Notes: generated by a model from the letters alone, not told the origin. Numbered from the stretch's first letter, positions 49,485 to 63,381 are shown. The stretch: 64,000 nucleotides of DNA from Octopus sinensis (GCF_006345805.1 NC_043010.1:1612001-1676000), one strand, 5' to 3'. Numbers and translations are program-made.

Positions 49485-50059
49485 GACTGAGTGGACAAAC
49501 GAAAGAATGAGGCACAAACACACGAAGCATTGAGTAGGTGCTATATATACTATTATTTAATTAGTTTGAATATATATACATACATATATTTGTACATGTG
49601 CATGTCTGTTTGTGTGTATGTTTTGTTTGTGTATGACTCATAATGATAGATTTAATCTATCACTGAAAAAGAACGAGCAGTTTTTACGACATGACGGTAA
49701 CTTAACATCCTTAAACAGAAGCGGAGTTCAACGATTTATGACGGAACTAGCCGAACTTATAACTTTTAGCTGACGATACTCCTGTGGTTATATTATCAAA
49801 ACATGTCCTGCATGATTTCTGTGAGTTTATATACACACGTGTCTATATATACGCATACATATATACATCCATGCACACAAAACTATATGCAATTTTACCT
49901 AGAATTCAGCGTTGCTCTTCTAATCCTCAGACGAGATTGGCTGCTGGAACCGGTGTCTCTCAGTCGGGCGTGTCACATTTGGTAGCTTCTGCTTTGTCTT
50001 GCACACACATAACGCTCTACAGAACTTTAGTCGCTTGTATCTTTACTTTTAATCTTTTA

Positions 50060-50452
50060 GCTAAACACAGAGAGAACAAACAAGGATAGACAAACGAATT
50101 AAGTCGATTATATCGACCCCAGTGCGTAACTGGTACTTATTTAATCGACCCCGAAAGGATGAAAGGCAAAGTCGACCTCGGCGGAATTGGAACTCAGAAC
50201 GTAGTGACAGACGAAATACCTATTTCTTTACTACCCACAAGGGGCTAAACACAGAGAGGACAAACAAGGACAGACAAACGGATTAAGTCGATTACATCGA
50301 CCCCAGTGCGTAACTGGTACTTAATTTATCGACCCCGAAAGGATGAAAGGCAAAGTCGACCTCGGCGGAATTGGAACTCAGAACGTAGTGACAGACGAAA
50401 TACCCCCAAGCATTTCGCCCGGCGTGCTAACGTTTCTGCCAGCTCGCCGCCT
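50060..50452 (-). mobile_element. SINE family A: head plus two 184-bp body units in tandem
   Basis: GCTAAACACAGAGAG at 50060 and 50244; junction GAAATACCTATTTC at 50213-50226. Confidence 0.93.
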
Positions 50453-50454
50453 TT

Positions 50455-50690
50455 TCAGTTACCCACTTTTGCACCGTTAATAAAGCTGGAGCGTCATCTC
50501 CTAATGTAGCAACCATGTCAGCATTTTCATCCTTCAGTGCTTAGTCCTTTTTGATAACACCGCGGTGCCAAATTTGGTCCATTTTCAATAGAAGCGGCTA
50601 CTAGTTTTGCAGTCTTCTTTGACCAGTGACGTATCGGCTTACCTGGAAATAAACAATGCAATTATTAATAAGCGGAACTGACAATAATGC
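50455..50690 (-). mobile_element. mariner transposon 5' remnant (second subfamily)
   Basis: ATG at 50582: MDQIWHRGVIKKD*ALKDENADMVATLGDDAPALLTVQKWVTE, a mariner N-terminal HTH region, cut by the SINE A insertion. Confidence 0.75.
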
Positions 50691-50989
50691 ATGCAAAATT
50701 TCCTAATCTTCATAATCAGGCTATGCACTTTTCAGCCGACCCTCAAACATACATTCATTCGTATGTATATACATCTGCATACGAACAAACCTACGCAGGC
50801 CCGCGGGCAGAGTCAGTTGATCCATCCACTTTGTGGCATGCACAATCCGAGTTCGATTCCTATGTCTAAACCTCTTTTTTTACTTAAACCCATAAAAGCA
50901 TAGAATATAGGGAAGGCACGAACATCACTCTCTCCCCATTTCCGGTCAGTCGCAATAAATTTCCGTTCTTCATGCTTTTATCCACATTC

Positions 50990-51231
50990 AATCAAAACAT
51001 CGTTGCTTTCATTAACATCGCCATAATTATCATCATCACCACCACCACTATCATCATCATCATCACCATGATCGTCGTCATCAATATCATCATTATCATC
51101 ATCATTACCGTCATCATTGCGGTGATGGCGGTGGCGATGGTGATGTCGATGGTGGTGGTGACGGTGGTAGTGATGATGGTGGTAGTGCTCAAGTGGTGGT
51201 AAAGTGGTGGTTAGGCGGTGGTAGACGATCG

Positions 51232-51267
<36 letters not shown>

Positions 51268-51419
51268 CCATCATCATAGTCATCATTACCATCACCATCA
51301 TCAACATCATAGTCATCATCATCATCCTCACCTTCATCATCACCTTCATCATCATCATCATCCTCATCATCATCACCATCATCATCATCATCCTCATCAT
51401 CATCACCACCGTCATCATC

Positions 51420-51474
<55 letters not shown>

Positions 51475-51545
51475 CCACCGTCATCATCATCATCATCACC
51501 TTCATCATAATCATCATCATTATCATCATCATCATCATCATCACC

Positions 51546-51577
<32 letters not shown>

Positions 51578-53920
51578 AATCACCGTCATCATCATCACCA
51601 TCATCAACATCATAGTCATCATCATCATCATCATCATCACCTTCATCATCATCATCATCATCATCATCGTCGTCATGGTCGTCGTGGTCATGGTTCCTGG
51701 TCGTCATCGTTACCAATAATTGTCTAAATTTTTTATTATTTTGCTCGCCCCTCCCCTCCTATTATCGCGAATGCCAAGAGACAATGACAAGAGGTTATAA
51801 GAGGCAAGGCAGAGAAGGTGGGGTTAGCTGAATGGCACATCCGCCAGCTCCGCTGACACACAGCTCCCCTCCCCTTCCCCCCCATCACCAGGCCAGCAAA
51901 CTGACCGGCCCACCAGCTCACCGACCCAGAAACATCTTTTCATTTCTCTCTCTTCGTTCTAACAGAAGAAGAAGAAGAAGAAGAAGCGGAGGAGGGAGAG
52001 AAATACCATATGAAAATAAATTTTAATAAATAAATGAAATAAAAGAGATAAGGAACGAAAGAAAGAAATGTTGATGAAATGAGAAGGGTGGGTGGGGGTG
52101 GTGCAGAGGCTATAATGAAAGGCGTCGCGATGGCGGCGGCGGTGGTGGTCGTCGTAGTGGTGGTGGTGGATAGGAAATCTTTTGTTGTTTCTCCTCCTCC
52201 TACTTAATCGTTATTGTTATCATTAACATCATAATGAAAAGAATCCATCGATCCGTCATCATCATCATCATCATCGTCATCACTGTCGTCATCATCACTA
52301 ATATCATTTTCTTCTTTTCAACATATTGATACTGTTCCAAAATCATCACCATTTTCATCATCATCATCATCATCGTCTTTCATAGCATCATCATCATAAT
52401 CGTCATCATAATCATCATCATCATAATCATCATCATCATCATCATGATCATCATCATCATAATCATCATCATCATCATCATAATCGTCATCATCATCATC
52501 ATGATCATCATCATCATGATCATCATCATCATTGCCCTTCGTACATTATCAGCATCATCATCATCATCATCATCTTCATCACAACTATAATCTTCAGTTA
52601 TTATTTCTGCCATTGCTGTCATCAGCTGACATGTCAGCCATCACCCACTCACACCCCTCTCTCTGTATACACATACACACACACACACTCTAACATACAC
52701 ACACACACTCTCTTACACACACTCTCTCTCTCTCTCTCTCTTTCTATCACTTTCTTTCCCTTCACTTTCACTTTCTCTTTCTCTGTTCCATTCCAACTCC
52801 CTCCTCACCCCCAACCCATCCACCATTGTTTCATTCCTAACACCCGTCACCTCCCCCCTCCTCTGTTTATTACTTCTTCACACAAGCATAATTCTTTCCC
52901 CTACTGACACCTCTCAACCTCACCGGAATTCGACCACGCTCCACCCCCACCCACCCGTAGCAATACGACGACCTTGCTTCCAGCACCATCAAAACTACCA
53001 CCAATACGTCACCACTCCCAATACAATCTCCAAGCGCATCAACTTACTCCGTCATCACTACCATCTGTACTATAACCACCACCACCAATACCATCACCGA
53101 CACCGTCATTACCATCATACCATCTTACCATCATACTCACTATCACCGCCGGCGCCACCAACACTACCAACACCACTATCACCACCACCACTAACAACAC
53201 AGCCACTACTACTATCACCAGTACTATCACCACCACTACCGCCACCAAAACTACCACCTTAACCATCACTACCACAAAAACTACAACCATCACTATCACC
53301 ACCACCACGTCACCATCATCACCAGTACCATCACCATCACCAATACTACCACCTTAACCATCACTACCACCAAAACCACCACCAACACGTCACCATCATC
53401 ACCACCACTACCGCCACCAAAACCACCATCACTACTACTGCCACTATAGAATGTACCATCATCATCAGCCTTGTCGCCGCCATCGCGCCCACCGTCGCCA
53501 CTTTTCTTACTGATAATGTTTTTAATTACCCTAGGCATTATTATCATTCACAACCCATCAGGGACGACAAGAATCAACGGACACTATCACGCGTTTAGTA
53601 GCACCATCACCAACGCAACCAACGATGCCATTACCAAACACCATCAAAAACACCACCACCACTACCACCACCAAGAACAACACCAGTACCATCATTCACA
53701 TCGCCACCACCACCACCACCACCACCATTCACCACCACCACAACACCCACCACCACCACCACCACCACCACCACCATTATGGATATGTCTATCACAACCA
53801 TCGTCGCTAGTGCTGCCACACCCATTATTATCATCGATATTATAACCTTCATTCAACCGTACCGCCATCACCATCGCCGCCGCCACCACCACCACCTAAC
53901 CCGCAGCTTTCACCATCTCT

Positions 53921-53969
<49 letters not shown>

Positions 53970-54513
53970 CCATCAGTAGCGGCGTAGCCATTCTAATTGC
54001 ATTCGCCAATAATGACCTCTTCATCTCATGCCATCATCGTCATCATCGTCATCATCATCAATACCATAACCGTCGCTACCCCCCTCATCACCACCATCAC
54101 CACCACCACCCTCACAGTTACTAACAGCAGCGCTGAGTGTGGAGGGGGAGGGGTGGAGTGTGAGGCAACAAGCAGAAGCAACATCGCTCCTTACCTTGAC
54201 AGCCAGCCATCAATGCTCCAACCCTTGCCTGACATTCCCCCCTCATCCCGCCACCGATCAACATACCACCCCCTATCTACCACCCCCTCTCTACCACCAC
54301 CACCATCATCACCATCGCCGCCGTCATCACCGTCGCTCACCACTGTCGTCATCACTACTATGGAATTTCTATATTCCACGTTTTGACAGCTTTTCAAGTC
54401 CAGTCCCAAAGCATTATCCGAGACACCCACTACAAAAGAAACCACCGCCACAACCACCACCACCACCACCACCACCACCACCACCACCACCACTACTACT
54501 ACCACTACTACTA

Positions 54514-54567
<54 letters not shown>

Positions 54568-54608
54568 CACTGCTGCTGCTGCCCTACGACTACCATGACC
54601 ATTATCAT

Positions 54609-54645
<37 letters not shown>

Positions 54646-54960
54646 GCTGCTGCTACTTCAACAACTACTACTACTACAACTATCACCACAACTACTAATA
54701 CCTATACTTTCATAATTACCACCACCATTACTACTACTACTACTACTACTACACTTGTTCTGCCCAGAAGTGTCCCTCCATGCCCAGCTGTAATGCCATC
54801 GGCGTTCACCCACCGCACTTAACAACCGCCACAGCATTTCCACACACCACACAGCCCTTGACAGTCACAAACTCCAACCAGGGAAGAAAAAAAGAAAAAA
54901 AAAAGAACCCTTCACTACCAACAACAACAACAACATCGTAACTTCACCAGCAGCAGCAGC
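50990..54960. repeat. Trinucleotide mosaic (CAT, CAC, CTA) with short unique islands
   Basis: Direct reading. Confidence 0.9.
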
Positions 54961-55699
54961 ATCACCGCTGCAGCAGCTTCTGTTGTCATTGTAGCTAAAA
55001 CCCTGTGCCTCCCCTCCTGCCGCTTTACCTGTTCAGACATTAAGGATAGCCATGAAGTATTCCACTCACGTAAACTCATTCGCCACGTCGTTATTGATAC
55101 TTCGTAATCGTTCAATTCAACGTCGGAGTTGACAGGAGAATTTCCCGATTTCATTACTGCTCACTGAACATCTGTCAAACAACAAAGTCGAATTCGAAGC
55201 CTGTATGTGGCGTTTGACATGCTAGAAGTAGTAGTTAATTTCCTTCCTTGTCTTAGGAGGGGAACACGCATTGAATCATGTGATTCCTGAATTGCCGGCG
55301 TCTGCTGTAAATGTAGGATAGTAAGAACCGAAATTCATGTGACCATAGGCCCATCGCGGCTGACGTGGGGCTAAACGATATCAACCACATCAGCTAAAAC
55401 CAATACAACAGCAACATCGACAGCAACATCTAGCCATGAAGGATTATATACGTGGTCGCAAGACTCGTTAAAAATAGCAGCCATGTCTCCTGTATATCAC
55501 ACCTCGCCGTCTCATGAAATGTGACATAAGCGAATGTGATCTTGAATTTCCTGGAAATGGGGAAAATATGTAGTGTTCTTCATCATAGGATTTTTATGAT
55601 CAGGGCTGGCTTACGACGATGCAATTTCTGTGCACCGTCACGTTGCTAGAAAGAGCAACGAAATCTTCCTCAAATAACACCTTACCATCTTAAAAAAAA

Positions 55700-56075
55700 G
55701 GTCGCTTGAATAATGTATGTGGTTGCTGTTGAGCGAACGGTCTTCGTCCCAGAGCTCGCAAGATGGGAGAAGTCCGAAGCGTGGTCCGTTGCTATTCGTA
55801 AGACCCGCAGAAGACAAAGCAGGTCAAACCCTAACACCGAGAGCATCGACAGATGGATGAATGAGCATCCAGGCTCAGCGGTTGCGTAGGAAGTCGGGGA
55901 CAAGAAACAGGAAGAAAGAGTGAGACAGTTGGAACGCCAACCCCCCTGCCGGAGCCTCGTGGAGCTTTTAGGTGTTTTTGCTCAATAAACACACACAACG
56001 CCCGGTCTGGGAATCGAAACCGCGATCCTCCGACCGCGAGTTCGCTGCCCTAACCACTGGGCCATTGTGCCTCCA
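55700..56075 (-). mobile_element. SINE family B (head B1, tail T4)
   Basis: Head nearly identical to 33885-34000 on the minus strand, followed by an unrelated tail ending GACCGTTCGCTCAACAGCAAC. Confidence 0.85.
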
Positions 56076-56464
56076 CTGATGTATGTGGGCCTGGCTTTGC
56101 TATTTGTAGTTAAAGACAAGATTGTCTGAGAGTATCTTTGATCAAAGGTCAACTGGATCGGAAATGAACATGGACTAAACAAGGAGTTCCCAGAAGAAGT
56201 TGAGTAGCGGAGGAGAGAGCCGACGTTTATCTTTTACTTGTTTCTGTCATTGGGCTACGGCCATACTGGGATAACAAACTGAAGAGTGTTAGTCGAACAA
56301 ATTGATCCCAGTACTTTTTTAAAAAGTGAATTATGTACTCTGTTGTTTTGACAATTATGTACTCTTGTTTTGACAAACCGCTACATTAAAGGAAGTTTTG
56401 AAAAAATCAGCACCGTTTGTGAAGCGGTTGGTGTGGGGAACAAACGCAAGCACAAGAACGTACA

Positions 56465-56510
<46 letters not shown>

Positions 56511-56755
56511 GTGTGTGTGTGTGTGTGTATGCGTGTATGTATGTGTGTAAGTGTATGTGTGTGTATGTATGTGTGTATGTATGTATTAATTATATGGTAG
56601 AGCACCACCTGAAAGGTTTAGTCGAAGAGATCAACGCCACTAAAGTCTGGTACTTATCCCATCCCATTTGCAGAACCACCAAGTTACGGGAATGGTTGCC
56701 AAGTGAAGTGGACAAACACAAGCACACAGATACACACATTAACATCCTTCTATTC

Positions 56756-56802
<47 letters not shown>

Positions 56803-56804
56803 CA

Positions 56805-56850
<46 letters not shown>

Positions 56851-56860
56851 ATATATATAA

Positions 56861-57117
56861 AAGAATTCTATAATTATGAGTATAAATTATAATTTATAAT
56901 TAGGGTTCAGCAAAATTTGCTTCACCACATACCGAAATTTAGAAATACCAGTTAAACTACTATTCTACTACCATAAGTGAGTTGTTGAGTATTGCTGTCT
57001 GGGAGATACCTTATAGTAGTATAGTAGTAGTTTAACTGCTATTTCTAAATTTCGGTATGTGGTGAAGCAAATTTTGTTGAACCCTAATTATAATTATACT
57101 CATAATTGTAGAATTTT
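56861..57117. repeat. Foldback with ~110-bp arms and 32-nt loop, next to (TA)n
   Basis: TAATTAGGGTTCAGCAAAATTTGCTTCACCACATACCGAAATTTAGAAATA is mirrored by TATTTCTAAATTTCGGTATGTGGTGAAGCAAATTTTGTTGAACCCTAATTA. Confidence 0.9.
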
Positions 57118-57162
57118 TGTATAAGTTTACCGATAATGGTTCTTTTAACCTTAATAATTAAT

Positions 57163-57219
57163 AATAATTAATAATTTTACCAAGTAGTTCGGTACTACTT
57201 GATAAAATTATTAATTATT
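57163..57219. repeat. Hairpin, 26-bp arms with loop TCGGT
   Basis: AATAATTAATAATTTTACCAAGTAGT / ACTACTTGATAAAATTATTAATTATT, 1 mismatch. Confidence 0.85.
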
Positions 57220-57257
57220 AATTAATTAATTAATTTTACCCTTTATTATTATTGATA

Positions 57258-57289
<32 letters not shown>

Positions 57290-57344
57290 AGTATGTATTA
57301 TGCATTATGTATGTGTGTGTGCGAGCGCACACACGCACATACAT

Positions 57345-58277
57345 ACTATCATGTCTAACGAGCAGGTTACTACCTCCTACTTTGAAGGGTTTGCGTTTGC
57401 AATCCAGGAACAAGAAATATCAACCAAATACCTGATGCACAAAGGGGGCAGAGATGCAGGAAAGGCAGTAAAATGTGTCAACCGATGCAGACTTTTTGGA
57501 GTTAACACCGAAGATATCACCTACATCATAAGTAGTTGTCCGAAAATGTCATCTCTGTATTTTCTACCGATGAGACATAACGTCGTAGCTAGGACACTCT
57601 GTAATGAAATCCTTCGGAAGGATAATCCCGAGGACAAAGAAATAAGAACCCACAGTATGGTAGAAGCCATAGCAATTCTTGATAAAAAGGAGTGCTGGTG
57701 GAAAGCCTCAGTGAACACCCCAATAAAATGTAAACACAATAGACTTGATATAATGATTTTGGACAGAGAAGAGAAACTGTGTACAATTGTGGAGATCTGA
57801 CCCCCCAGCGGGTGTTAACATAAAGCTGAAGATCAGTGAAGAAGAGAATACCTATGCTGAACTAGTGAGAAATCTGCAGTTAGGTGCTCTCTCCAGATAC
57901 AAGTTTAAGTTTATATATGTAATCAGTGGGGCACTAGAATATGTAATACACTGCCTAAATGCTAATTTTGAGAAATTGGGCTTCTCAAAACCAGAAAGGA
58001 GAAAGCTGATTCGAAGACTACAGATCCAAGCCAATACTGGAACTGTAAAAATCTGTAAAACTTTCCAGAAGTTTATCACTTTAATATATATGAAGATGTC
58101 TAAACATGCAACTATATGCATGAGAATACATACATAAACCAAAACATACAAATCTGCACATATACATACATGCAAAAATGTCCGGTTACTGTTGTTACAA
58201 TTCCAATGAATGAGCTTAGAATCTAGGTTAGAAACCGGCTCTTTCTCTACTGGCAAGAAATCCTGAAATAAAACTCA
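57345..58277 (+). mobile_element. R4/Dong-clade non-LTR retrotransposon 3' end (CCHC, restriction-like endonuclease, 3' UTR), decayed
   Basis: EGFAFAIQEQEISTKY..CRL..EDITYIISSCP..RHNVVAR..HNRLDIMILD..IVEI / ..Y.EL.RNLQ..VISGALEYV..GTVKICKTF; ends AAATAAAACTCAATAAT. Confidence 0.88.
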
Positions 58278-58342
58278 ATAATGCCACACATACATACATA
58301 CATACATGCATACATACATACATACATACATACATACATACA

Positions 58343-58374
<32 letters not shown>

Positions 58375-59199
58375 CACACGACAATTTCTTTCAGTTTCCG
58401 TCTACCAGATTCACTCAAAAAGTATTGATCGGCCCAGTCTATAAACGAAGACAATTTCCGTCGGTGCCACAGTGAAACTGACCCTAAAAGAGCGAACTTG
58501 CAGAGCGAACTTCTTCCCTGAACAGCCATAAATGTGATCCTAATCTAGTGTTTATTCTTACAATATTCATCCATCTTCGCTCATTTTCTTTTCTTTTTGT
58601 TTTTAAGAAATCTATCCCAATCAATTAAAATGCATCACAGCTTGACCATTCCCAAAGATGGGTAGCTTCTTTATCTGCATCAGCTACTGCACCACTACTG
58701 CACCATATCTGTAAGTGTGTTCGTCCAAAGTTGACGCAGACCGAATAGGAACACTGACGTGTTTTCTTTATAGGCAAAAATCACAAATGGAACAAGGAGA
58801 ATAAGAAACGGACAGAATAAACATATGTATGTATGTATATATGTATGTATGTATATATGTATGTATATATGTATGTATGTATATATGTATGTATATATGT
58901 ATGTATATTCACGAGAGGCTTCTTTCAAATTCTACCAAATCCACTCACAACTTTGGTGAACCCATGGCTGTAGTAAAAGACACTTTCCCAAGGCTCCACG
59001 CAGTAGGACTCAACCCGGTACCATGTAGTTGTCAAGCAAACGTGTTACCACACAACCACGCCTGCACCAATATATCTTCTTTCACCCTTAACTTATATAC
59101 TTTCTTTATGAAAGAAAGTAGCATCTATTGTTTATACATATTTGAGTCCGGCTGCCTTTTCAGTGAGGATCAGAACATTTTCTTTAAAATTAGATAGAG

Positions 59200-59550
59200 G
59201 TTCAGGCACAGCTGTGTTGTAAGAAGCTTGCTTTCCAACCACATGGTTCCGAGTTCAGACCCACTGCGTGATACCTTGGACAAGTATCTTCTACTTTAGT
59301 CTCGGGCCGACTAAAGACTTGTGAGTAGATTTGGTCGCCGGAATCTGAAAGAAGTCCATCGAAAATGTGTGTGTCCACCACCACGCTTCACAACCGGTGT
59401 TTGTGTGCTTACGCACCCGTAACCTAGTGGTTCGGCAAGAGAGAATAAGAACCAGGCTTTAAAAAAATTTAATGTACTGAGGTTGGTTCATTCAACTAAA
59501 TGTTCTTTAAGGTGGTGTTTCAGCATGGCCGCAGTCTAATGACTGAGACA
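59200..59550 (+). mobile_element. SINE family C
   Basis: GGTTCAGGCACAGCTGTGTTGTAAG head through CAGCATGGCCGCAGTCTAATGACTGAGACAAG tail. Confidence 0.85.
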
Positions 59551-60194
59551 AGCGAAAGGTATTTGAGTCTGGTTGTCTTTGCAATAAAGACCAGTACACT
59601 TTCTTTAAAATTAGATAAAGCAAAATTTTGGTTCCCTGCATCTTACACCAATAATCTTTTTTACTCTGCACAAAACTGATACAAGTTTTAAATCTGACGA
59701 GTTTCTTCTCTTTATTTTTCTGTCTATTCGTTATTTAAAGCATATGGTTATTCTATATGTCTTGAGCAGGCAGATATTTCTATAAGTTTTGACTGTTAGC
59801 TCATTGGGATAGAAAGAGCGATGGGAGAGAATATTTAACACAACTATGTAGAAACACCTAACGGACTCATAATATATAACTTCAATTAATTCATATTTTA
59901 GCCTGTGGGCTGGGACAATTTACGGTTTAACCAGATCAATATTGCTACTCCGAAAGCAACCGGCTTTTTTTTCTAGGGAACAAAACTAATAAAACAGATT
60001 GACTGTTCGAATGAAAAAAATTAGAAAATGGGACGGGAGGGGTAGAGCGAGATTGATTCCATAGGAATCTAAGAGAAAGAGCAGACAAATCTCCTTCAAA
60101 TCACACCCTACCATCTTCACTAACACTTATTGAAAAGGAAAGAAAAGAAAAGAAATGTAAAGGAACCTAAAGGATAATCTGTTTTCATATCATG

Positions 60195-60612
60195 GCAGAA
60201 AGCCAGCAATTTTAAGGGAAATGGAGTTATTTGATTACATAGACCTCAGCACTTGGCTGGTACTTATTTTATCGAGTCAACCACGACTAAATTTGAACCC
60301 CAAACGTAAATCGCTGGACGAAATGCCGCTAAGCATTTTTATCCCATGTGCTGTCGACTTACACAATTCACCGGCTTTTCACTCTGGCTAATACAATTCT
60401 AGACAAGGTGGCTAACTGGAAGAATTGTTAGTACAGCGGGCAAAATGATTAGCAGCATTTTGTCCATCTCTATGTTCTGAGTTCAAATTCCGCCGGGGTC
60501 GACTTTGCCTTTCATCCTTTCGCTGTCGATAAAATAAGTATCAGTCGAACGCTGGGATCAATGACGTTGAATTAACCCCTTCCCCGAAATTGTTGCCCTT
60601 GTACCAAAATTT
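60195..60612. mobile_element. Head-to-head inverted pair of SINE family A copies
   Basis: Minus copy ~60195-60380 and plus copy ~60405-60612, about 25-30 bp apart. Confidence 0.75.
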
Positions 60613-61224
60613 GAAACAAATATAATCCAAGATACACTATGCCTGTACAAATCGATGGAGTAGCCACAGCAAGGACTACCTTTTAACAGATTTACTCAAC
60701 CAGATATTGACCAAGAGCTATACAACAATTTCAATATTTAATAAGATGCGAGCTGTGTTATGAGAGGTAAATTGATCGGAGATAGTTCGCTCTCTAGCGT
60801 AACACTTGAAAGGAGATAAAAATACTAAAGAAGAACATATTGCATGTAGCGGTTGTACTCAATATATTCTGATTCACTCCTGCTTTTTCTTTTTTCGCTT
60901 TTTTTTTTATTTGTGTGTATGTATGAATGCATGTATGTACGTATGTATGCGTGTGTGCGTGTGTGTGTATTTCTTGGTCTGATTAAATATTTTCAAACAT
61001 GGGTTCGGGGATGGTGGAACGGTTGTCTCTAATTATGTATAGAAGGCAAATATTGCGCAGTCTTTTGCTGAAAAATCTCCAAGAACCCTTAAAATATTCA
61101 CAAAACTAATCAATTCGGGGCAACAGGGGTCAACTGATAAATTTCCAAAAAAAAGAAAAAGAAAAAAAAGGAGGGGGTCAAATATGTGTTTGGATAATTC
61201 AATCAGCCTAATGATGAAAGTGCA

Positions 61225-61250
61225 ACAGCATCATCATCATCATCATCGTC

Positions 61251-61314
<64 letters not shown>

Positions 61315-61638
61315 ACAACAACAACAGCTAAAGCAGCAGCAGTGGTAGGGCTAGTTAGAAAAATCGAAATCAAATATGATTTTTTTCATTCATTTCCTTG
61401 ACCTTATGATTATCGTCGTCGACATCACCATGGTCATGATCATCATCATCATCATCATCGTCGTCATCGTCATCATCATCATCATCATCTTCGTCATCAT
61501 AATCATCATCCTCGTTGTAGTCGTTACCATGACTATTGATATCTTCATTGTGATCGTTCAACATATCTCAACATCATTTTTGCATTCATTATCATATTAG
61601 CATATTATCGTCGTTTTCATCATCATCATCATCATCAT

Positions 61639-61691
<53 letters not shown>

Positions 61692-61796
61692 CCAGCAACA
61701 TCATGACGACAACTGATCCAATGAGGATAGTGATGTTGCTGTTTTGTTATTGTTGTTTTTGTTGTTGTTGATGATGATGATGACGACGACAACGAC

Positions 61797-61828
<32 letters not shown>

Positions 61829-61830
61829 AT
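61225..61830. repeat. (CAT)n/(GAT)n microsatellite mosaic
   Basis: Direct reading. Confidence 0.9.
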
Positions 61831-62492
61831 AGCCATCCGTGCAATGGCGACGCTTTCCCAATTGTGACAGTATTAGTGTAGTCAGGATTACAACATCTGA
61901 TGTTAACATCAATTAACATCACAACTGATACCATAAGTCAGATAAAAACAAAACCGCACATCATAACCAACATTGCAGCTATCTTCAGCAACAACGCGGA
62001 AGCTTCTGCAAAATCACTCGACCTGCAAGACATAGATGTAACCAAATTTCACTCTGGTAAAGGATGGAAGATCTTTGATCATGGAATCCTAGATCTTCCC
62101 AGTCTAGGCTGACTTAGGGCTAAAAACCACTACATACAAAACCATAGGCTAACAAGAGAGAGCCTCAAGGTGGACGCGTGGTCGCACATGATAGTAGTCA
62201 ATTCTATCTCAAATCAAACCCTCTACCTTAATGAAGAATGACAGTTTGGGTAATATAGCCATACGTAACCCTTAAAGATGAGAGAGTCATGGTTAGAATG
62301 TTTCATTAAAAGTTCTGATTACTCAGCAAAAACTTCAATAGTAACATTGATGTTTTTCTCCCAAAATTCTCTCTCTATCTCCCCCTCAGCACGTATATAC
62401 AAACACGTGCATATACATACATACATACATACAGATATATAGTGTGTGTGTGTGTGTGTATCTTCTATCTATCTATATATTATATATATATA

Positions 62493-62529
<37 letters not shown>

Positions 62530-62536
<7 letters not shown>

Positions 62537-62850
62537 GCAAAGTTACGGGGATACCAATACCGGTTGTCAAGTGGTGGTTGTAGTGGTGGTGGTGGTTGTG
62601 GGAGACAAACACAGACACAGAGACACACACATTAATATATACATACAACCCCTCCATACCCAATCTCATACACACACACACATATTATATATATACGGCA
62701 GGCTTTTTTCTTTTTCCATCTACCAAATCCACTCCGAAAGCTTAGGTCGGCCCAGGGCTATAGTACAAGATATCTGCTCAAGGGGCCACGTAGTTGGATG
62801 ACCCTGAATCATGTGGTTGGGAAGCAAGCTTCTTACTACACACCCACCCC
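62530..62850 (-). mobile_element. SINE family C
   Basis: Family-C head and part of the tail on the minus strand. Confidence 0.8.
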
Positions 62851-62869
62851 TGCACAAAAGTCTTTTAGA

Positions 62870-63200
62870 GAAAGCGCCCGTCAATCGTCAATCTTGAAAG
62901 GTTGTTGCTCTTAGACGACAATGCAAAAGGCCGTATCGCCCAAGTCACTTAAGAAGAGGTTAGGGTATCAAATAAGGAAAAACTGCCTCATCCTGCTTAT
63001 TCACGTAGCTTAGTTCCATCGGATTTTAGCTCAATGCATCATTATTAAGAAACAAAAGAATTTATTAACTGCGAAACAGGTAAAAATGATATCGAGTGTT
63101 TCTTTTCTCCCAAAACTAGAAGTATTTTACGCCTGAGGAATCAACAATTTACCAAAGTGATGGACTCATGTTATCAATAATAAGGGGGCGTTTTATTAGG
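62870..63200 (+). pseudogene. mariner transposase C-terminal remnant
   Basis: KRP..LLLLDDNAKGRIAQVT*..KLPHPAYSRSLVPSDF..FYA*GINNLPK*W..VINNKG, a degenerate HDNARPH / HPPYSPDLAPSDF. Confidence 0.75.
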
Positions 63201-63334
63201 TTAATAATAAATATATTAATTAAGGCTCAGGAAGCATTCGTTTCCTCCTCATTTTGCAATGCGAGAGGACGTTCTTTCCAAACACAAACACGCACCCACG
63301 CGCACACACATGCGTGTTTGTGTGTTTATGTATG

Positions 63335-63381
<47 letters not shown>

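Noticed and set aside
49765-49812. TAG-CTGACGA..CAAAAC-AT-GTC-CTG, a possible decayed hammerhead; similar traces at ~4797-4855, ~23720-23775 and ~28095-28150
   Set aside because: G12 or other core positions are missing and stem II is unconvincing, so these are too degenerate to call.
50638-50660. Minus-strand TTTATTTCCAG|GTAAG, resembling a recursive splice site
   Set aside because: It lies about 60 bp upstream of a mariner ATG (50582), so it is probably part of the transposon's 5' region; an 8-mer like this is also expected by chance in 64 kb.
58200-58245. TGAATGAG-CTTAG-AAT-CTAGG-TTA-GAAACCGGCT in the R4/Dong 3' UTR
   Set aside because: The core and cleavage triplet are non-canonical and no stem I pairing exists in this copy; it is worth rechecking only on a family consensus.
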